This document shows positions 1 to 9,230 of a stretch of DNA of 64,000 bases, one piece after another. Position numbers and translations under genes: made by a program. The stretch is from Chloroflexota bacterium (GTDB taxonomy: Bacteria > Chloroflexota > UBA11872 > VXOZ01). Within the stretch, counting starts at the first letter, position 1. Every line of letters begins with the position of its first letter. Where the stretch lies: the NCBI GenBank assembly GCA_965221905.1, contig OZ244922.1, positions 832,001-896,000 on the forward strand. Direction: 5' to 3'. Under the pieces are notes generated by a model. That model saw only the letters and a list, made by a program, of their open reading frames with translations, was not told where the DNA came from and did not search any database.

Positions 1-92
1 CTACCCGTCTCCGTTCGTGAGAGCCGCCTTTGATTTGCAAGATAGGAGGTATAGATACGAAGGACAGAATCCACATCGGTGGTACTCGCCAT
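1..92 (-). CDS. 5' end of a gene running off the window (MASTTDVDSVLRIYTSYLANQRRLSRTETG...), product unknown
   Basis: Minus-strand ATG at 92 preceded by GAGGAGG (plus cctcctc 99-105); frame open to the window edge. Confidence 0.55.
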   Translation of the reverse strand, partial: MASTTDVDSVLRIYTSYLANQRRLSRTETG

Positions 93-311
93 CTGTTGCC
101 TCCTCATCCTGGCAGATGAATTGCTTTACGCAGGACACATCCTTAATTCTAAGCTAAATCTAAGCATTCGTCAACCGTCTGTAGGCCGGTAATTGCCCTA
201 TAATTGGCTTTCCAAGGACCGTCTTCCCGTTGCAGGGATGCGTTTCCGTGCTGCCTGTGTCATAGTTAATTGGAGTGTTTTGCTCACGAAGGGCATTGGA
301 TAAGAGACCTG

Positions 312-1457
312 ATGAGCGGTATTATTGCTTCTTCGGAAGTTGAGAACGCCCCCGAGGCAAAGTCGGACGGCCCCACGTTGCCGGAGTCTCCTGAGCCGCA
401 GCCGACCGGAATTCGCTTCTCCCGACGCACCAAAGTTGCGGTAGTAATGGTGCTTATCGGGCTTACACTTCTATTCGTGTATGGCGTACGTGCGATCATT
501 TGGCCGTTCATTTGGGCGGCGGTGTTGGCCTATCTGTTGGCGCCGCTCGTAACATGGCTCTGCCGGCACTCGCGCCTCCATCGTTTTTGGGTGACGCTCA
601 TACTCATGGTTTTCTTCCTTGGCGGCATTGTCATGCTCTTCACGTTCGGCTACCCACCGTTGAGTCGTGAACTTGAAGGTCTCCGGCTCAGTCTACCCAG
701 TATCGTGAGCAATCTAGAGAGTACCGTCGGCGAGTTCGCGCAAGTGGATCTTTTCGGTCTTGAGGAAGTGATTGGGACTTCCGGTGAGCTCCTTGCAGGC
801 GTCTTGGACTCCGCCACTTCCCAGATGGTTGATGCGGCGCTCGAAATTGCGTTGCACGTGGTGGAACTCTTGCTGAAATTCCTGCTCTGTCTCTTCACTA
901 CGTTCTACCTGTTACTTGAATCGAATCGCTTTGGGGCATGGGCGCGACGCATGGTACCGGCGCCGTACCGCAACGAGATGGCGCGTCTGGGCGGTCAAAT
1001 TGACCGCATGCTCGGCCGCTTCATTCGCGGTGAAGTGATGCTGGTGATCATCATGTCGGTGGCGACCTATATTGGATTGAAGCTATTGGGTATGCCTTAT
1101 GCCCTTGTCTTGGCTCCCGTGGCGGGTGTGCTGGAATTGATCCCTTTTATCGGACCGTTCATGGCCGCCACGCCGGCCGTTTTGCTTGCGCTCGTCTACC
1201 CAAGCCCCTTCGGCTGGTCGCCGGTGGTCAACGCGATTGTGGTCGCGGTCATGTATACTGTGTTGCGGCATCTTGAAGACTATCTCATCATCCCAAACGT
1301 CGTTGGTCGCTATGTGCAGCTTAACCCGGTGCTGACGATTTTTGCTATTCTATCTGGCGGGGCGCTCTTCGGTATATCCGGCATGCTGCTTGCAATCCCG
1401 GCGGCAGCAATCCTCCGTATTGTGCTCAACTACCTCTATGTGAAGCTAACTACCTAG
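312..1457 (+). CDS. AI-2E family transporter (PerM/YhhT-like permease)
   Basis: Multi-TM protein with family motifs (LAYLLAPLV, LELIPFIGP, GGALFGISGMLLAIP); ATG 312 preferred to ORF start 270. Confidence 0.85.
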   Translation: MSGIIASSEVENAPEAKSDGPTLPESPEPQPTGIRFSRRTKVAVVMVLIGLTLLFVYGVRAIIWPFIWAAVLAYLLAPLVTWLCRHSRLHRFWVTLILMVFFLGGIVMLFTFGYPPLSRELEGLRLSLPSIVSNLESTVGEFAQVDLFGLEEVIGTSGELLAGVLDSATSQMVDAALEIALHVVELLLKFLLCLFTTFYLLLESNRFGAWARRMVPAPYRNEMARLGGQIDRMLGRFIRGEVMLVIIMSVATYIGLKLLGMPYALVLAPVAGVLELIPFIGPFMAATPAVLLALVYPSPFGWSPVVNAIVVAVMYTVLRHLEDYLIIPNVVGRYVQLNPVLTIFAILSGGALFGISGMLLAIPAAAILRIVLNYLYVKLTT

Positions 1458-1465
1458 GCCTTCGT

Positions 1466-2002
1466 ATGCGTGTACGCCGCGCAGACCTCAGAGATATCGA
1501 CGCTTGTATACGGCTCGATTCTTCCTATCAAACACAGAACGTTTGGGCTATGGAGACCCGCTGGGAAGGCAAGCGCAAGCTCTCCGGCTTCCAGGTGCGC
1601 CGCCTGCCGCGCGTGCTGACGTTGCAGCCGCCGTTAGACCCGGATGACTTGCACGCTGATTGGCGCAACGGAGATCTCTTCTTGGTGGCAGAGGAAGAAG
1701 GCGTGGTCGTCGGGTATCTGGACATGGTCTCGCCCCGGCGGCTGAGCAACGGTCTCATACAGAGCATTGTCGTGCGGCCCGACCTGCGCCGATGCGGGGT
1801 GGGTTCCGCGTTGCTGCGCACTAGTCTAAACTGGGCCAAGCACAACCGGTTGCAAGGGCTTTGCATGGACGTGCAGTCGCGAAATTATCCGGCCATTCAG
1901 TTTTTGCACAGAAATGGCTTTGTTTATAGCGGGTATAATGACCGCTACTACCCGACCCAAGACGTGGCGCTGTTCTTCGTCTACCGCCTCGGCCACACGT
2001 AG
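1466..2002 (+). CDS. GNAT family N-acetyltransferase
   Basis: Motif A VRPDLRRCGVGSALL and N..AIQFL...GF. Confidence 0.85.
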   Translation: MRVRRADLRDIDACIRLDSSYQTQNVWAMETRWEGKRKLSGFQVRRLPRVLTLQPPLDPDDLHADWRNGDLFLVAEEEGVVVGYLDMVSPRRLSNGLIQSIVVRPDLRRCGVGSALLRTSLNWAKHNRLQGLCMDVQSRNYPAIQFLHRNGFVYSGYNDRYYPTQDVALFFVYRLGHT

Positions 2003-2117
2003 AGAATAGTGGCCGGTTGGGAAACCGGGGTCCGAGTGCGGAGAGAATTGCGGGTTGGTCACGCGTAACTAATGTCGTTTGCGAACTGGCAGCCGCGGCC
2101 GAGGAGCGAATCGCTAG

Positions 2118-3449
2118 GTGAATGACGAGAAGACGGTAAATATCGGCTTGATGGGCCTGGGGGTGGTAGGCAGCGGTGTGCTGCGCATCATCCACGAGAA
2201 GGCCCGCATGTTGGCGATGGCAACGGGTCGTGATCTCCGGGTCAAGAAGATCCTGGTACGGGAGAAGGCGAAGATTCGGGGGGTCGACGTGGAGCCCGCG
2301 ATGCTAACCACCAATCCCAGCGATATCTTGGACGATCCGACAATTCATATCGTGATCGAACTGATAGGCGGCGTTGAACCGGCGTATACATACGCCAAGC
2401 GCGCAATCCAGGCCGGCAAGCACTTGGTCACGGGCAACAAGGACGTGATGGCAGTGCACGGGCCGGAACTCCTGGGCCTTGCCAGCGAACAGAACGTCGA
2501 CATCTATTATGAAGCGAGTGTCGGCGGCGGCATTCCTCTGATCGGCTCGTTTCGTTCAGACCTTGTGGCGAATGAGATTCGCGAGATCTATGCCATTATC
2601 AACGGCACGACGAACTATATTTTAACGCGCATGTCGCGCGAAGGCGCGGCACTGTCTGAGGTGCTGGCGGCAGCGCAGGACTTGGGCTACGCGGAAGCCG
2701 ATCCAACGAAGGACGTGGAGGGCATCGACGCTGCTTTCAAGCTTGCAATCTTGGCGTCGCTTGCATTCCACACAGAGGTCGACCCCGCCGCTATCTATCG
2801 CCAAGGCATCATGCAACTTGAACCGGCGGACTTCCGTTACGCGCAGGACCTTGGCTACGTCATCAAGCTTCTTGCTCTCGCGCGACAGGACGACGTCGCG
2901 CCGTTGGGGCGCACGCGCTATGAGGCGTCGGTCTACCCCGCGCTGGTGCCCCAGGACGCCCCTCTTGCCAGCGTTGACGGTGTGTATAATGCAGTGTACG
3001 TTGTGGGCGATCTGGTGGGAAACGTGATGTTCTATGGCCGCGGCGCGGGATCGGAGCCGACAGCCAGCGCCATTGTCGCCGACGTTATCGACGTGGCCCA
3101 CAATATCATTAGCGGCGTAACTAACCGCGTTCCCTATACCATCGATTCCACCAAGACTATGAAGCCGATAGACGAGATCGAAACCCGATACTACTTTCGA
3201 CTGTGGGTTGCCGATCGGCCGGGAGTGCTTGCCAAAATTGCGACTATCTGCGGAGAACATCGCATTAGCATTGCTTCCGTGATCCAAAAAGAGGCAGACC
3301 CGGTTAATCAGACTGCTGAGCTCGTGTTTACTACCCACGATGCGTACGAGCGGGCAATGCAGGCTGCCGTGCAAGACATTGCGGCGCTGGACGTGGTGGC
3401 GAGGGTAGCGGGCTTCCTGCGCATTGTGGACGTGGGTGAGTCAGCGTGA
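2118..3449 (+). CDS. hom: Homoserine dehydrogenase with C-terminal ACT domain
   Basis: GLGVVG Rossmann motif, EASVGGGIP, INGTTNYIL, GYAEADPTKDVEG, ACT DRPGVLA; next to thrC. Confidence 0.95.
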   Translation: MNDEKTVNIGLMGLGVVGSGVLRIIHEKARMLAMATGRDLRVKKILVREKAKIRGVDVEPAMLTTNPSDILDDPTIHIVIELIGGVEPAYTYAKRAIQAGKHLVTGNKDVMAVHGPELLGLASEQNVDIYYEASVGGGIPLIGSFRSDLVANEIREIYAIINGTTNYILTRMSREGAALSEVLAAAQDLGYAEADPTKDVEGIDAAFKLAILASLAFHTEVDPAAIYRQGIMQLEPADFRYAQDLGYVIKLLALARQDDVAPLGRTRYEASVYPALVPQDAPLASVDGVYNAVYVVGDLVGNVMFYGRGAGSEPTASAIVADVIDVAHNIISGVTNRVPYTIDSTKTMKPIDEIETRYYFRLWVADRPGVLAKIATICGEHRISIASVIQKEADPVNQTAELVFTTHDAYERAMQAAVQDIAALDVVARVAGFLRIVDVGESA

Positions 3450-3554
3450 GCACTGGTGTACGGGCACGAGAGGGAGAATGTGGACGATTGTCGCGAAAGC
3501 GCTGCACCGTCCAATGCGGCGAAGAACGCTCCGGCGTATTCGGAAGTAGGGAGT

Positions 3555-4640
3555 ATGGATAGCCCCGGTTCAAACAATACAGCGCCTGCCGGTCGGAACT
3601 TGCTGGCTCACTATCGTGAGTATCTGCCGGTAACGGAACGGACTCCGCTCATCAGCCGCGGCGAGGGCTTCACCCCGCTGGTCCGCGCCCATGCTCTAGA
3701 AAAGCGCGTGGGGTGCGCCGAGCTATGGTTGAAACTGGAAGGCTGCAACCCGACCGGTTCTTTCAAGGACCGCGGCATGGTGATGGCCGTGGCAAAGGCG
3801 CTGGAGGAAGGCGCTGAGGCGATCATGTGCGCCTCCACCGGCAATACCAGCGCGGCCGCAGCCGCGTACGCCGCCGCCGCGCAGATCAAGGCGGTAGTAG
3901 TGGTGTCACAGGGGAAGATTGCCTTAGGCAAACTTGCCCAGGCGCTGATCTATGGCGCAGTGGTCATCGGCATTGACGGCACTTTCGACGACGCCTTGAA
4001 GATCGTGCGTGAGATTACGGCGCGCAATCCGATTACGGTGGTCAACTCCATCAACCCCTATCGGCTCCAGGGACAGAAGACGGCTGCTTTCGAATGCAGC
4101 GATGTGCTGGGCGACGCGCCGGATATTCTGGCCGTCCCGGTCGGAAACGCGGGCAACATCACGAGCTACTGGATGGGCTATCGGGAGTACCGCCGGGCGG
4201 GCAAGACAACGCGTCTGCCGCGCATGTGGGGCTTTGAAGCGGAGGGTGCGGCCGCTATCGTGGAAAACCGCCCGATTGAAAACCCCGATACCGTGGCGTC
4301 AGCGCTGCGTATCGGCAACCCGGCCAACTGGCAACGCGCTGTGCGCGCCCGCGACGATTCCGGCGGCTTGATTGCGACGGTGAGCGATCCCCAGATTTTG
4401 GAAGCCTACCAACTCCTGGCAGAACGAGAAGGTGTCTTTGCCGAACCCGCGTCAGCAGCCTCTGTGGCCGGCGTCCTCAAAATGGCCGCTGCGGGTGAGG
4501 TCAAGCCTTCCGACCAAATCGTCTGCGTGCTCACGGGCCACGGTCTCAAGGACCCCCAAATTGCCCTGGACGTGGCGAAAGACGTGGTTCCGGCCCCCAA
4601 TGACGTGCGCGAGATCGAGAAGATACTGGACTTGCGATGA
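3555..4640 (+). CDS. thrC: Threonine synthase
   Basis: [13 protein letters not shown] lysine motif, [28 protein letters not shown]; ATG 3555 with GGGAG SD (ORF open from 3456). Confidence 0.93.
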   Translation: MDSPGSNNTAPAGRNLLAHYREYLPVTERTPLISRGEGFTPLVRAHALEKRVGCAELWLKLEGCNPTGSFKDRGMVMAVAKALEEGAEAIMCASTGNTSAAAAAYAAAAQIKAVVVVSQGKIALGKLAQALIYGAVVIGIDGTFDDALKIVREITARNPITVVNSINPYRLQGQKTAAFECSDVLGDAPDILAVPVGNAGNITSYWMGYREYRRAGKTTRLPRMWGFEAEGAAAIVENRPIENPDTVASALRIGNPANWQRAVRARDDSGGLIATVSDPQILEAYQLLAEREGVFAEPASAASVAGVLKMAAAGEVKPSDQIVCVLTGHGLKDPQIALDVAKDVVPAPNDVREIEKILDLR

Positions 4641-4852
4641 TTCCCGTCTGGCGTGCGCAGGTCGTATGACCCGCCATCTGCGACGAAACAGACGGACATA
4701 AACCCGCAGCGATTCGCGGCATGACGAGTGGCTAACCGACGCATGTCAGAAGGTTCCGCAACTCTTTGGCACTACGGGGATTAGGCGCGGCTGCCTGATA
4801 GCGAAATGACTCTCCCATACATTCGCAATTGTCGGGGGAGCTCAGCGTTCGC

Positions 4853-6112
4853 CTAGCACGAGAGCTGTTCTTTCCGCACCTCGTCGCGGTTTGCTTCGCT
4901 CGTGCGGCCCATGGCGCGGTATATTTGGGCGCGGATGCTATAGACGTCGCGCTCATTGGGGCCGGATTCCGCCGCGGCATTGGCATCGGCCAGCGCCGCA
5001 TCAAGCCGGTTCTTGGCGAAGTAGACCTTGGCACGCCCCACGTAGGCCCAGCTCGCATCGTCACTCAGTTGCAGGGCTCTATCGGCGTCGGACTCCGCCG
5101 CGTTGAGGTCTCCTAGGCCGATCCGAGCCAACGAGCGGGTGTCGTAGCACTCCGCGCATTCGTCGTCGAGCTCAATTGACTTGTTCGCGTCTTCCAGGGC
5201 CTTCTCATACTCGCCTGCTTTGGCGTAGGCCCAGGCGCGGGCGTTGTACCCGAAACTAAAGTCCGGCGCCATGTCTATCTCCCGCGTCGCGTCAGTGACG
5301 GCATTGCCGTACTGCTCTAGTGCGAGATAAACGGCAATCCGCGCCAGATAAGCGCCGGAGGCAGTTGGCGCCATTTCCGTAACCACGTTGGCATCCGCCA
5401 GTGCATCCACGCAGGCTCCGACCTTTATTCCCAAGTACGCGCGCACGCGGTACAATTCCGGTTGGGTTGGATCGAGGAGTATTGCTTCATCGGCGTCCTC
5501 GAGCGCTCTTTCGTAGTCTCCCATCGCTTGATAGATCTTCGACCGTGTCAGATAGCGGTGGGCGGATTCGGAATCTAGAGAGATCGCGTAGCTGGCGTCG
5601 TCCAATGCCGGTTCCAGATCATTCTGCAGCAGGTAGACGTTGGCGCGCAGGCCGTAAGCATCGACCATACCGGGATCAGCCTCGATGAGCGTGTCCAGAT
5701 CCTCCAGGGCCTTGCTAAAGCGTTCCAACTGTACCGCCACGATCGCACGGAGAAAGCGGTACCTTGGCTCTTCGCCGTTCAGCTCTACGGCGCTGTCCAA
5801 TTCCCGCATGGCGCCGTTGAAATTGGCTTCTTGGAAGTATTCAAGCGAGCGGGCAAAGTGCTCTTGCGCTGCCGCTTCCGTCCCACCGCGCATATTGGCG
5901 ACTGTTTGTTGTTGCAGGGGTTGTATGAAGCGAGGATAGATGATGAAGGCAAAGAGCGCGACGACTGCGATTACGCCGACAACGACAATGCCGAGGGTAC
6001 GCTCGCGCTGGGTCTTTCGCCTAGAATCTATATCTTCCGTGTCCGCGTCTTGCGGGCCGCGCACAGGCCTTACGTCATCTTCATTCTTGTCTGGGGGGTT
6101 TAGCTCGCTCAT
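4853..6112 (-). CDS. Membrane-anchored tetratricopeptide repeat protein
   Basis: One N-terminal TM helix then many 34-aa TPR-like repeats (A..D...AI.LDP); GGAGG SD upstream of ATG 6112. Confidence 0.85.
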   Translation of the reverse strand: MSELNPPDKNEDDVRPVRGPQDADTEDIDSRRKTQRERTLGIVVVGVIAVVALFAFIIYPRFIQPLQQQTVANMRGGTEAAAQEHFARSLEYFQEANFNGAMRELDSAVELNGEEPRYRFLRAIVAVQLERFSKALEDLDTLIEADPGMVDAYGLRANVYLLQNDLEPALDDASYAISLDSESAHRYLTRSKIYQAMGDYERALEDADEAILLDPTQPELYRVRAYLGIKVGACVDALADANVVTEMAPTASGAYLARIAVYLALEQYGNAVTDATREIDMAPDFSFGYNARAWAYAKAGEYEKALEDANKSIELDDECAECYDTRSLARIGLGDLNAAESDADRALQLSDDASWAYVGRAKVYFAKNRLDAALADANAAAESGPNERDVYSIRAQIYRAMGRTSEANRDEVRKEQLSC

Positions 6113-6151
6113 AGCATCCTCCACGTCATCGTGATAGGAACCGCGCCGTTG

Positions 6152-7045
6152 TCACTCTCTTGCTATTTTAGGAAACTCTACCCACGAGGTCACGTCCAGG
6201 CCGCAGTTGGCGGCTTGACCGATGCGAACGTCGCCATAGGCGCTGATAAGCATGAATCCCTCGTGGTAGGGCACGTGCAATTCGCGAGACAGAAGAGCGG
6301 ACATGTCCGCCACGGATTCTCGGGTGGCGATCTCCAGAGTCTCGCCGTGCCCGTAGGTGATCCAGGATTCATCCGTCTCCCACCATACCTTTTCCCAGCC
6401 GGCATCTTTGACGACATCGATTTGCACCGTAACGTCGGAGGAGATTTCGATTGCGCCGCCGCTGGATTCCGCATCACCCATAGCGGCGTGTACGTCCCCC
6501 AGGCCGAACTGCGCGCCCGGCACCCACACCGGCAGGTGCACCACTGTGCCTTCCTTGATGCTGTTGCAGTCCATATTGCTCCCGTTGATGTCGGGGTCGG
6601 CGGTAAAGACCACGCGATCGGGCAGCGCGGTGCCTACCACGCCGACCATGGGACGCGCCGGCAGGCGAATGCCGTTATCCATGACGAGCGTATTGTCTTC
6701 CACGTCCACAATTATAATCGCCGGTGACTCTGCCGCATCGGCCAGAATGCCGGACCCCGGTGTAAAGCGCAGAATACCGGGGGCCACCAACGCGATGCGC
6801 TCGATGCGAACATTGAGCCCGTCTCCAGGCATGGCGCCCTTCACAGTGACCGGTCCGCAGGCGGGATTCGACTCATGAGTCTTGCGCACGGAAAGGTAGT
6901 AGTCGAGGTCTTCGCGGCGCTTGATCCGACCAGTCGATGAATCGTGGGTTTCAAGCGTGAGTCGGTCGCCGGACTCGATCTCAGCTATCGCCGGAACGTC
7001 TTTATCGAAGCTATACGTATAGTGCTCACGTGCGATCCGCAGCAT
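6152..7045 (-). CDS. Acetamidase/formamidase family protein
   Basis: GPVTVKGAMPGD, PMVGVVG, GSNMD, GDVHAAMGDAESSGGAIE motifs. Confidence 0.85.
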   Translation of the reverse strand: MLRIAREHYTYSFDKDVPAIAEIESGDRLTLETHDSSTGRIKRREDLDYYLSVRKTHESNPACGPVTVKGAMPGDGLNVRIERIALVAPGILRFTPGSGILADAAESPAIIIVDVEDNTLVMDNGIRLPARPMVGVVGTALPDRVVFTADPDINGSNMDCNSIKEGTVVHLPVWVPGAQFGLGDVHAAMGDAESSGGAIEISSDVTVQIDVVKDAGWEKVWWETDESWITYGHGETLEIATRESVADMSALLSRELHVPYHEGFMLISAYGDVRIGQAANCGLDVTSWVEFPKIARE

Positions 7046-7436
7046 CCGTTCGCCTTTCACTGCCGAGAGTGGCGTCCCAAGCGTTCTTGGTACAGCCAAA
7101 GTGCATTCTTCAATGGGGACAATAGCACAGACTCTTACGCTATGCCTACCGCTATGCATCGCTCTGCGCCGGGCAGGCACGGCGTTGGAGGCGTGTTTGT
7201 CGCTCTTTGTGCGGCATGTCTACCATTGGCGGCAAAGTAGCGGCTGCCTGCCGGTAGTCGGCCGTTGCAGCAGATTTAGATTGAGAAAGAGCAGCCACAG
7301 TGGCAAGTGAGCTTTGCCATGGTTTCGCACACGGGCGCCGTTATGCGGTCAACACGCGTGTCTTGCAGACTCCCGTCGCTGTGTGTCGCTTTTCCTCTTG
7401 CGCATGGGACTCAAAGCATCTCCTGGCTACGTCGCG

Positions 7437-7445
7437 TGGTATAAT
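7437..7445 (+). promoter_or_regulatory. Putative extended -10 promoter (TGGTATAAT) for recJ-rel
   Basis: Perfect TGn-TATAAT about 45 nt upstream of the recJ ATG. Confidence 0.45.
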
Positions 7446-7489
7446 ACAGGCAATAAGCTAACTGATTGACACTCAAAGAAGGACAATAT

Positions 7490-9211
7490 ATGTTGTCTCC
7501 GCGCTACCAATGGCAGGTAGCGTCCCGTGCTCCGGATTCCCTCCTAGAATCGCTCTCGGCGTACCATCCGCTTGTCGTGCAACTGCTCTTCAACCGTGGG
7601 TATACAACATCCGAGACAATTCGGGCCTTTCTTGACGGCGAGGACGCTCGGGAAAACGATCCGTTCCTCCTGAAAGGCATGGATGTCGCTGTTGACCGCA
7701 TACTGCGTGCAATTCGCACGGGCGAGTGCATCGGCATATTCGGGGACTATGACACGGATGGCATCACCGCCGCCGCGCTTCTCAGACAGGCATTGGAGCA
7801 GCTTGGCGGGCACGTTGTCGTCCGGTTACCACACCGGGTCGAGGACGGTTATGGCGTGTCGAACCGTGCCATTGAGGAATTTGCGGCGCAGGGCGTCACG
7901 CTGCTAATCACCGTGGACTGCGGCATCAGTGCGGTAGAGCCTGTGGCGCTGGCGGCAGAGCGGGGGATGGATGTGATCGTCACCGACCACCACCAGCCGC
8001 CAGCGCATTTGCCCCCTGCGCACGCCATTGTCAATCCCTGGCTCCCCGACTGCACATATCCTTTCAGGGATCTTTGTGGCGCCGGTCTGGCGTATAAACT
8101 CGCGTGCGCGCTCCTTACTTCCGTTGGTATCGTTGGCGATCAGGAAACCGCCGAACTGCGTGCGTTCGCGGCCCTGGCCACCGTCGCGGACGTGGTTCCC
8201 TTGCGCAGCGAAAATCGTGCCATTGTCGTTGGGGGCATTGCGGCGCTGCGGCGAACCGACCATGCCGGACTGCGCGCTCTCATGCAGGTGGCCGGCGTGG
8301 ACCAAGCGGCGGTTAGTAGCGGCAATATCGGCTTTGCGCTGGCTCCACGTCTCAACGCGGCGGGTCGGATGGCGCATCCTCGCCTTGCGTACGACCTCTT
8401 GACGACGCGGGATCATGCCCAGGCACAGGTTTTGGCCTCGCAGTTGCAGCAGCTCAATCAGGAGCGCCAGCGAGAAACCAAGCGCCTCATCACCGCTGCG
8501 CGACTACAGGTGGAGGCGGGACAGCAACACGAGGTGCTGCTCTGGGTCGAGGGCGAAGACTGGCCCGCCGGAATCATCGGTCTCGTGGCAGGGAGACTCG
8601 CCGAGGAATTCGGTAAGCCGACGCTTGCCGTCGCGGTAGGCGCGACAGAGGCAATAGGCTCCTGCCGCAGCATTCCGGGCTACGACATTGCCGCCGCGCT
8701 CGCCGCGCAGGGAGAACTGATGCAGCGCCATGGCGGGCATCCGCAAGCAGCGGGCTTTGCCGTGGCAACCGACCGGCGCGCCGCACTGCGGGCGGCGCTG
8801 CAAGCTAAAGCGCGTGCCCAGCTCGATCCGGCAGAGACCCGGCCGCGGCTTTCCATCGACTGTCAGGTGCCGGCCCAGAAGATGGACCTGGGGCTGCTTG
8901 AAGAGATTAATGTACTCGCCCCTTTTGGCGCGAGCAATCCGGAGCCGCGCTTTCTGAGCCGGGGCCTCACGTTGAGCGGCGCGCGCACCGTCGGCACCGA
9001 CCACCTGAAGGCCACGTTTGCCGTTGGCGGGGGCTCCGTCTCCGGCATTGGGTTCCACATGGCAGACCGTACCGCACACCTGCGGCAAGGACAGGCGGTC
9101 GATGTGGTATATTCGATGCAGGAGAACACCTGGGGCGGGTTTTCGCGCCTGGAGTTTCACCTGCAGGACATGCAGTTGGCCGACCATGACCGAATCGCAT
9201 ACAGCAAGTGA
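7490..9211 (+). CDS. recJ: Single-stranded-DNA-specific exonuclease RecJ
   Basis: GDYDTDG, TVDCGI, TDHH (DHH), ATVADVVPL, PRLNAAGR, GGHPQAAG motifs; upstream of rel. Confidence 0.95.
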   Translation: MLSPRYQWQVASRAPDSLLESLSAYHPLVVQLLFNRGYTTSETIRAFLDGEDARENDPFLLKGMDVAVDRILRAIRTGECIGIFGDYDTDGITAAALLRQALEQLGGHVVVRLPHRVEDGYGVSNRAIEEFAAQGVTLLITVDCGISAVEPVALAAERGMDVIVTDHHQPPAHLPPAHAIVNPWLPDCTYPFRDLCGAGLAYKLACALLTSVGIVGDQETAELRAFAALATVADVVPLRSENRAIVVGGIAALRRTDHAGLRALMQVAGVDQAAVSSGNIGFALAPRLNAAGRMAHPRLAYDLLTTRDHAQAQVLASQLQQLNQERQRETKRLITAARLQVEAGQQHEVLLWVEGEDWPAGIIGLVAGRLAEEFGKPTLAVAVGATEAIGSCRSIPGYDIAAALAAQGELMQRHGGHPQAAGFAVATDRRAALRAALQAKARAQLDPAETRPRLSIDCQVPAQKMDLGLLEEINVLAPFGASNPEPRFLSRGLTLSGARTVGTDHLKATFAVGGGSVSGIGFHMADRTAHLRQGQAVDVVYSMQENTWGGFSRLEFHLQDMQLADHDRIAYSK

Positions 9212-9230
9212 GGCCATGTAGGACTCTCTC

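Noticed and set aside
2003-2117. T-box or attenuator upstream of hom-thrC
   Set aside because: Too short, with no T-box consensus and no Thr-rich leader peptide.
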